A stretch of DNA of 63,980 nt, the filler included, from an uncultured Myxococcia bacterium (GTDB lineage Bacteria; CAZTWC01), in NCBI GenBank assembly GCA_964617105.1. It is 3 parts of 3 records of this genome, joined end to end, with 100 filler letters (N's around TTAATTAATTAA, not from the genome) between each part and the next. Parts side by side here need not be neighbours in the genome. Positions count along the whole stretch, not along the records: positions 50,804 to 63,980 come from CAZTWC010000083.1; 2 more parts are not named here. One strand, given 5' to 3'. Made by a program: the position numbers and the translations under genes. Of this stretch, positions 57,963-63,980 are shown in pieces; the stretch's first letter is position 1; every line of letters starts with the position of its first letter. The notes below the pieces were generated by a model. It had not been told where the DNA came from. It worked only from the letters and a program-made list of their open reading frames with translations, and ran no database searches.

Positions 57963-59267
57963 AAATCCCATAGAATCACTCACTGCAGTTAAAATAATAT
58001 GACCCCCTACGGCTGGATCTTTGTCAATTTTTTGCAGCGCCAGAGGGATAATCGCGCCTACCAGACCGGCCATACCCATGTTTATTATCATGGCCAGAAA
58101 CAATACCAGGCCGATCATTATATTTTCTTTCCAAATCAGCGCCAAAACGCCGGTTAAAAGGCCGAACATACCCCCCATAAGTAAACCTACGCTAACTTCT
58201 TTCATCAAGGCGCGGAAAGAAGAGGTAAATTTCAATTCTCCCAGGGCGATTCCTCTGGTGGTGACTGTCATGCTTTGGGAGCCAATATTGCCGCCCATGC
58301 CGGCTACCACGGGCATAAAAATAGCCAGGGCTACAATGCGGGAGATGGTTTCTTCGAAAAATCCTACCACCGAGGCAGCTGCAAAAGCGGTAAACAAGTT
58401 GAGCAGGATCCAAAAGACCCGTTTGCGAAAAGATTCTTTGGTGGAAGAAAATATCCGGTCATCCGTGGATAGACCGGCCAGATTGTATATATCTTCGGTG
58501 GCCTCCTCTTCCAAGATATCCAGTATATCCTCTAATACCACCAACCCAAGTAACCGGTTATCATCAGATGTCACCGGTAGAGCGGAGAGATCATATTGGG
58601 AGATCAATTCTGCCACCTTTTCACCCTGGTGGTAAGGGCTCACTTTAACCAGGTCGGTGATCATAATATCTTCCAGTTTTTGATCATTACTGGAGAAGAG
58701 GAGTCGGGAGAGGGGAACCACTCCGAGTAGAAAACGATTTTCATTGATAATATAGAGATAGTAGAGGTGTTTATATTCCGGTCCCAAAGATCTGAGTGTG
58801 GTAATGGCCTCTTTTGCTGTGGTGCCTGCATCCATGGAAAAGAGTTCCTTAACCATGATTCTGCCTACGCTTCCCTCCGGGTATTCCAACAGTTCATGCC
58901 ACCTCTCCAACTGATTGGGCGGCATTTTTTCGGTTATCTGGTTTTGCCTCTCTTCATCCAGGAGGGAGAACAGACGATCCAGATCGCTCTGAGAAAGTTC
59001 GGAGATGATTTTGATAATCTCCTGGTCTCTCAATTCCGGCAAAATGGTTTTAAGAAACTTGTCAGGCAGTTCTGCCAGTAGAGAGCCGGCCCGGCCACCG
59101 GTCATAAGAGCCCGGATCAGTGAAATTTGTTCATCCTGGCTCAATTGGGTAAACAGTTCAGCCAGGTCATCATCATGAAACCGCTTTAACATTTTAACGG
59201 TGTGAGTAGGAGCGTTACGTCGTAAAAGCCGTTTTAAGAAAAATAACTGTGACTTGGAGAGGGACAT
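57927..59267 (-). CDS. mgtE: Magnesium transporter MgtE
   Basis: MgtE_N, CBS pair (YPEGSVGRIM, YLYII), EEATEDI, MPVVAGMGGNIGSQS, DPA...TAVSD. Confidence 0.95.
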   Translation of the reverse strand: MSLSKSQLFFLKRLLRRNAPTHTVKMLKRFHDDDLAELFTQLSQDEQISLIRALMTGGRAGSLLAELPDKFLKTILPELRDQEIIKIISELSQSDLDRLFSLLDEERQNQITEKMPPNQLERWHELLEYPEGSVGRIMVKELFSMDAGTTAKEAITTLRSLGPEYKHLYYLYIINENRFLLGVVPLSRLLFSSNDQKLEDIMITDLVKVSPYHQGEKVAELISQYDLSALPVTSDDNRLLGLVVLEDILDILEEEATEDIYNLAGLSTDDRIFSSTKESFRKRVFWILLNLFTAFAAASVVGFFEETISRIVALAIFMPVVAGMGGNIGSQSMTVTTRGIALGELKFTSSFRALMKEVSVGLLMGGMFGLLTGVLALIWKENIMIGLVLFLAMIINMGMAGLVGAIIPLALQKIDKDPAVGGHIILTAVSDSMGFLIFLGLASWLL

Positions 59268-59292
59268 GGTTTACCTTTCGAATTACTCGAAA

Positions 59293-60000
59293 TTATTTAT
59301 CGTATTTACCCAGAAAGTTTTTTACCATAATTAGACCGGTTTCGTAAATGGCGCTGACAAAATCGTTGAATCGCATGTGAGTTTCATCACCTATTTTAAA
59401 GCGGATGGGCGCTTCCTTGAGGGAGAATCCATTTTTATAAGGTATCACCAACTGCTCTATCTCGCCTCCATAGCGATAAATGGTGCACTTATCCAGCATA
59501 CATTCCACCGCTTTTCGTTTATACATCTTGATGCCGGCCTGGTGGCTAACCGGGATTAGCAGTACTTTCACCAGCCAATGGTAAACCTCCGAACCCAGGC
59601 GCCGGTAAAAGGGGAAGAAAACATCTTGTGACTGGGGGTGTTTACGGGAACCAACCACGATATCCACTCCGGTATTTTCAATTATTTTTATAAATTCCTC
59701 GATATGATCGGGAGTAACATCTAAATCGCCATCGATAAACACGATATAGTCGCCCCTGGAGTGCTTAAAACCTTCCAGCAGAGCGTAACCTTTTCCCCGA
59801 TTGGGCAGGTAGGAAACTACCTTGATGTTTTTTTTCTCCGCTGCTGCCTGATGAGCGCCCATCACCGTGTCGTCAATCGAGCCATCGTCAACAAAGATAA
59901 TCTCCGCATCGGTGAAGTTGACGGTGTTGGCAGCCTGCAGGCAATTGTGGTAGGCTCTACTTTTTCCCAGGTTGTAAACCGGCATAATTACTGAGATCAT
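59293..60000 (-). CDS. GT2 glycosyltransferase, polyprenyl-phosphate (DPM/DPG-synthase-like)
   Basis: ISVIMPVYN, VDDGSIDDT, NRGKGYAL, FIDGDL, VVGSRKHP. Confidence 0.88.
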   Translation of the reverse strand: MISVIMPVYNLGKSRAYHNCLQAANTVNFTDAEIIFVDDGSIDDTVMGAHQAAAEKKNIKVVSYLPNRGKGYALLEGFKHSRGDYIVFIDGDLDVTPDHIEEFIKIIENTGVDIVVGSRKHPQSQDVFFPFYRRLGSEVYHWLVKVLLIPVSHQAGIKMYKRKAVECMLDKCTIYRYGGEIEQLVIPYKNGFSLKEAPIRFKIGDETHMRFNDFVSAIYETGLIMVKNFLGKYDK

Positions 60001-60956
60001 TATATTGCTCCTCGGCTTTGTTGGTTAAACCAGTTGATATACTTTTTTAAACCATCTTCAATAGTAATTGAGGCTTTGAAATTGAATAATTTTTTAGCCT
60101 TGCCCACATGACCCAGGCTATGGTCCACATCACCGAGCCGTTTTTTTTGATACTCTACTCGCAGATCGGGATGGTAATCTTTCAGCACCTGGCTGAGATT
60201 ATTGAGTGATATTGCTCTTCCGGTGCCGATATTGATCACCTGTCCCGGGGTTTTGGGATGGATGGCAGCTACAATATTCGCCTGAACCACATCATCGATG
60301 TAGATAAAATCTCTGGTTTGTTGGCCATCACCGTAAATAATCAGCGGTTGCCCATTTAACATCCGTTGGGTAAAAATGGCAATAACCCCGGAGTAAGGGT
60401 TGTTAGGATCCTGGCGGGGACCGTAAACATTGAAATAGCGAAGGCATACGGTTTCAATCCCATAGAGGGTATACCATAATTTAAGGTAATATTCACAGGC
60501 TAACTTACTGGCCGCATAAGGAGAATCAGGATTGAGAGGATGGTTTTCATCTATGGGCTGGTACTCTGGCGGCCCGTAAACTGCCGATGAAGCGGCAAAA
60601 ATTATCCGCTTAACTCCTGCCTGCCGGCATTCATTAAGCAGGTTTATTGTACCAATAATGTTGGTTTGAGCGTCATACTCTGGTTGCTTCACCGAGGTGG
60701 TGACAAAGATGTAGGCTGCATGGTGGAAAACAATATCCACCCCCTCCAACAATCCCTTCAGAGTTTCTGGCTGGCGGATATCAGCCTCCATAAATTCAAC
60801 TTGTTCTCTGAACTCTTCCAGGTTTTTCAGACTGCCGCTCTCCAGATTGTCAATTATGGTTACCTGGTTGTGAGCAGATAATTTTTGGGCAATGTTAGAG
60901 CCAATAAAACCACAACCGCCAGTGACTAAAATTTTTTTGCCTTTTAATAATGTCAT
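60000..60956 (-). CDS. NAD-dependent nucleotide-sugar epimerase/dehydratase (GalE/WbpP-like)
   Basis: VTGGCGFIG, ASSAVYG, YAASK, LRYFNVYGPRQDP..YSGVI, GDGQQTRDF. Confidence 0.92.
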   Translation of the reverse strand: MTLLKGKKILVTGGCGFIGSNIAQKLSAHNQVTIIDNLESGSLKNLEEFREQVEFMEADIRQPETLKGLLEGVDIVFHHAAYIFVTTSVKQPEYDAQTNIIGTINLLNECRQAGVKRIIFAASSAVYGPPEYQPIDENHPLNPDSPYAASKLACEYYLKLWYTLYGIETVCLRYFNVYGPRQDPNNPYSGVIAIFTQRMLNGQPLIIYGDGQQTRDFIYIDDVVQANIVAAIHPKTPGQVINIGTGRAISLNNLSQVLKDYHPDLRVEYQKKRLGDVDHSLGHVGKAKKLFNFKASITIEDGLKKYINWFNQQSRGAI

Positions 60957-60968
60957 GGATAAACTTCT

Positions 60969-61041
60969 AGGTCATCCCTTTAGGGACGCCTTGTCTATTG
61001 TTACAATTACTTACGCCGAAGGTGATCCTTTTAGGGACGCC
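60969..61041 (+). repeat. Two tandem copies of repeat family B
   Basis: AGGTCATCCCTTTAGGGACGCC (60969-60990) and AGGTGATCCTTTTAGGGACGCC (61020-61041). Confidence 0.8.
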
Positions 61042-61058
61042 ATAATGTAGATCTATTT

Positions 61059-61925
61059 CTAAGCGAGCCCTAAGTGCGAAAAATTGACCAACTCCACATT
61101 TTTTTGCCGGCAGATATCTTTGAACGCTGGATCCAGCAACGCGTTTAATTCACCCTGACAGTCGTAGTTGTCATCAGTATAGCGATTAAACTGAAGATTA
61201 TCTGTACAGGGATGAAAAACGATTTCATACCAGCCGGGTCTCATCTTTTTTAGATAATCCAATAAGCGTTGACTATTGATATTTCCACTGTCGATAATGC
61301 CTAGACAGTAATCGGTGGTCTTAAAAGAACTAAAGGTAGGGCGTCTGAAATGCAGCCAGGAAAGCAGGTAAAGATTGGCCATCATCAAACGGCGCCGGTT
61401 GATTCTCAGGGAAAGGGTGTGTGGGTCCAGCGGTTTTCTAATTTTGTTGATCCCATATTTTATTCCAATGGCCGCCACCTGGTCCGCCACCAGGGGAAGC
61501 ATGTGTAAATGCTGGTGACTGTCCAGATGGGTTATTGACACTCCAGCGGTGAGGGTCTTCTCCACCTGGGCGCACAACTCCATTTTTATCTCTTCCAGAA
61601 TGATTTTGCCCCTGATAAGGGCAGCGGCAAACTGGATAGTAGATGGGTAGAACCAGCCATTTTCATCAACCAGCGATGGCACCTGGTCTGGAGGCAACAC
61701 CGGTTTTTGGCCAACCAGGGCCAGGTGGGCGCCAACTCCCAGGCCGGGATTTCTTTCGATCATTTCCAAAGCCTGACTAAAGGCTTCTCCGGTGGCCAAA
61801 AGGGTGGTGCTGGTTAATATGCCTTGGCGGAAGGCTTGCTCCACCGCCTGGTTGACACAGGGAGTCAATCCCAAATCATCGCCATTGATTATTACTTTAA
61901 TATTCATAGCAATGGATAGTAGCAA
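61059..61925 (-). CDS. YdjC/ChbG/HpnK-family carbohydrate deacetylase
   Basis: IINGDDLG, GVGAHL, THLDSHQHLH, EIVFHP, ELNAL. Likely start is ATG 61907. Confidence 0.9.
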   Translation of the reverse strand: MLLSIAMNIKVIINGDDLGLTPCVNQAVEQAFRQGILTSTTLLATGEAFSQALEMIERNPGLGVGAHLALVGQKPVLPPDQVPSLVDENGWFYPSTIQFAAALIRGKIILEEIKMELCAQVEKTLTAGVSITHLDSHQHLHMLPLVADQVAAIGIKYGINKIRKPLDPHTLSLRINRRRLMMANLYLLSWLHFRRPTFSSFKTTDYCLGIIDSGNINSQRLLDYLKKMRPGWYEIVFHPCTDNLQFNRYTDDNYDCQGELNALLDPAFKDICRQKNVELVNFSHLGLA

Positions 61926-62061
61926 AAAATATCATGACAGTAAAAGCAATTTTTAAAGTTGTGCCCAATAAACTAAATAAATTTCCAGATGGACACTATC
62001 AGGAGAATTTGGTAATAGATAATAGTATACCTAAAATCAGCAACTGCCTCAGGATTCGGCA

Positions 62062-62079
62062 GTCCCTATAAGGGATGAC
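62062..62079 (-). repeat. Reverse copy of repeat family B
   Basis: Reverse complement reads GTCATCCCTTATAGGGAC. Confidence 0.7.
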
Positions 62080-62134
62080 ACAAGGCCTCGGTTAGTGGCG
62101 TGTATTAGAATTAGTAAAGTTTAATCAGTTACCT

Positions 62135-62869
62135 TTGGAGCAACAGATGAAGCAACAGATGTTTTCATTTCTTATGCCATATTATAATGAAGCGATTATT
62201 ATCGAAAAAAATATGATTATCCTGTTGAATTATCTTGAGGACCGATTTAAGGGACAATACGAAATAGTCCCGATCAATGATGGCTCTTTTGATCGGTCAT
62301 CAACCATAGTTGATAAAATTAGCCTTAAATATCCCCAGATAAAACCAATGGGTTACCTACAAAATATGGGGCGTGGAAATGCTTTACGGCATGCCTGTGA
62401 AAAAATTGTTGGAGATTACATAATTTATCTGGACACAGATCTGCCTTCCACCATCGATCTGTTTCATATCGATATAATGATGGACAATCTACAAAAGTAC
62501 GATATCGTCATTGCCTCGCGATTTGTCAAGGAAGCCAAAATCAAGCGGATGCTGCACCGGGCAATGATCAGTAAAACCTATCGGTTATTATTAAAGATGG
62601 TTTTTATGGGATTTCCAGTGACAGATCCAGATGTGGGCTTTAAAGGTTTTGGCCGCAAAGCATATTTTGACATTTGTCCCAAAACCACTTTGAACGGCTG
62701 GTCATGGGATTTGGAGTTCTTATTCGAGGCTTTTAGAAGCGGGTATTCCATCTATGAATTTCCCTTTCATTGGGTGGAAACTTATGAAGATACTAAAGTG
62801 AATTATTTTGATGATTCGGTGGCGGAGTTGGTGGGGATGTTATATGTGAAGTTCAAACACCTTCTATGA
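62135..62869 (+). CDS. GT2 glycosyltransferase, dolichyl-phosphate beta-glucosyltransferase-like
   Basis: MPYYNE, NDGSFD, NMGRG, YLDTDL, IASRF, TDPDVGFK, WDLEFL. Start is probably one of the downstream ATGs. Confidence 0.88.
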   Translation: MEQQMKQQMFSFLMPYYNEAIIIEKNMIILLNYLEDRFKGQYEIVPINDGSFDRSSTIVDKISLKYPQIKPMGYLQNMGRGNALRHACEKIVGDYIIYLDTDLPSTIDLFHIDIMMDNLQKYDIVIASRFVKEAKIKRMLHRAMISKTYRLLLKMVFMGFPVTDPDVGFKGFGRKAYFDICPKTTLNGWSWDLEFLFEAFRSGYSIYEFPFHWVETYEDTKVNYFDDSVAELVGMLYVKFKHLL

Positions 62870-62922
62870 CAACCGTCGAGAGAGGCGCATCCCAAAATAA
62901 AATAATAAGGAGACGAGAACCT

Positions 62923-63980
62923 ATGAGAATACCGCCAGTAAAAGTTGTTTTTCCGGGGCAGGATTTGGACAATATATTAAGTGATATCAAGGAAACCTTG
63001 TTGAGCGGTATGCTAACCTTGCACAAGCGTTGTCAGAAATTGGAAGAGGATTTTTCCAAATATACTGGATATACTTATGCCATAACCGTGAACAGCGGCA
63101 CTTCATCTATAGAGATCCCATTACGTTTTTTGAATGTGACTCAAAAAGAGGTTATTGTGCCCAGCAATACTTTTTTTGCTACTGCCGCTGCTGTGACTCA
63201 TGCAGGCGGTATCCCCCGGCTGGCTGATATTAGTCCTCGCACTCTGAGTTTGTCCCTGGAAGAGGTTAAAAAAGCTCACAATGAAAATACTGCTGGCGTA
63301 ATCATGGTGCATATTGGCGGCATTATCTCCGATGAGATTGAGGAGATAAGGGATTATTGCCAGGCTAACCAATTATTTCTTTTTGAGGATGCCGCCCATG
63401 CTCACGGCAGTAAATTCAAAGGAAAACATGCAGGTACTTTTGGCCAGGGGGGCAGTTTCTCCTTTTATCCCACCAAGGTAATAACCAGTGGTGAAGGTGG
63501 AATAATCATTACCGATGATGAAAAAATGTACAACGAGGCTCTGATCTACCGGGATCAGGGAAAGGCTGGTTTTTTAACCAATTTTCACACCCGCATGGGA
63601 TATAATTGGAGAATGAGTGAGATACATGCTGCTATCGGCAATTATCAATTGCAAAGGCTGGATCAATTTATTGAGGAGAGGCGCCGGGCTGCAGTTAGAT
63701 ATGACCAGCAACTTTCTTCTTTGAAGAATGTTCAATTACAACCTATTCCTGCCGATGTGTTTTGCAATTATTACAAATACATAGCATTCTTGGCCCCGGG
63801 AATTGAGCGGGATGGAGTAAAAAAGGAGATAAAAGAGAAGTTCCAGGTCTCTTTAAGCGGCGAAGTTTATGATACTCCTTTACACCAGCAGCCGGTTTTT
63901 GAACCCTATAGCCAGGGTAGTTTTCCGAATAGTGAGGATATTTGTTCCCGGATGATATGTTTACCAATTTTTGCAACTAT
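62923..63980 (+). CDS. DegT/DnrJ/EryC1/StrS PLP-dependent sugar aminotransferase (3'-truncated; absent from ORF track)
   Basis: AAGGAG RBS and ATG 62923. Translates MRIPPVKV...VNSGTSS...EDAAHAHGS...SFSFYPTKVITSGEGG...GYNWRMSE and runs off the window. Confidence 0.92.
   Translation, partial: MRIPPVKVVFPGQDLDNILSDIKETLLSGMLTLHKRCQKLEEDFSKYTGYTYAITVNSGTSSIEIPLRFLNVTQKEVIVPSNTFFATAAAVTHAGGIPRLADISPRTLSLSLEEVKKAHNENTAGVIMVHIGGIISDEIEEIRDYCQANQLFLFEDAAHAHGSKFKGKHAGTFGQGGSFSFYPTKVITSGEGGIIITDDEKMYNEALIYRDQGKAGFLTNFHTRMGYNWRMSEIHAAIGNYQLQRLDQFIEERRRAAVRYDQQLSSLKNVQLQPIPADVFCNYYKYIAFLAPGIERDGVKKEIKEKFQVSLSGEVYDTPLHQQPVFEPYSQGSFPNSEDICSRMICLPIFAT

Noticed and set aside
60969-61041. Two 22-bp repeats with a 29-nt spacer as a mini CRISPR array
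   Set aside because: Only two imperfect copies, the same motif is dispersed singly elsewhere, and no cas genes are present.
63030-63976. Small track ORFs 63030-63227, 63121-63372, 63743-63976
   Set aside because: They lie inside the DegT aminotransferase frame starting at 62923, which the track missed because it has no stop in the window.

Overview
Bacterial draft or metagenome-type scaffold. Gene content suggests a deltaproteobacteria-like lineage (Myxococcota/Bdellovibrionota/Desulfobacterota-type); this is inference only. The window is at least three contigs joined by artificial 100-nt N/TTAATTAATTAA/N linkers (25552-25651, 50704-50803), so adjacency across those points is not evidence. 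Segment 1 (1-25551): pilU, pilT, a degenerate MshEN-PilB-like gene, atypical ychF, sbcDC, acyl-CoA dehydrogenase, rng, B12 radical SAM, BatA/vWA and DUF58, ftsY, a STAS-Zn-PilZ protein and a double hybrid histidine kinase. Segment 2 (25652-50703): a Flp-like pilin, an ECF sigma/anti-sigma locus with exported Met/Lys-rich proteins and a beta-barrel, a flagellar mot/fli/flh cluster, an amber-split UbiA-like gene, TPR-birA-nadC and a RomR-like acidic protein. Segment 3 (50804-63980): a STAS/HATPase partner-switching-like unit, two-component genes, a Tat protein, a TMTC-like GT-C, mgtE and a glycan-modification cluster. No rRNA, tRNA, CRISPR array or transposase was recognised. Best leads: (1) two coupled MotB genes with complementary defects, suggesting an obligate heterodimeric stator; (2) a self-contained ECF locus whose promoter motif GGAACTTTT-N13-CGTCT(T/A)ATA occurs twice and points to a Met/Lys-rich exported target, preceded by a His-less pseudo-Hpt; (3) an ATPase-dead PilB with a c-di-GMP-type MshEN domain upstream of pilT/pilU; (4) STAS-Zn-ribbon paralogs with an RsbW-like kinase; (5) a possible lipid-linked amino-sugar protein glycosylation pathway; (6) two families of small palindromic intergenic repeats. 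All calls come from manual motif recognition; no database searches were run.
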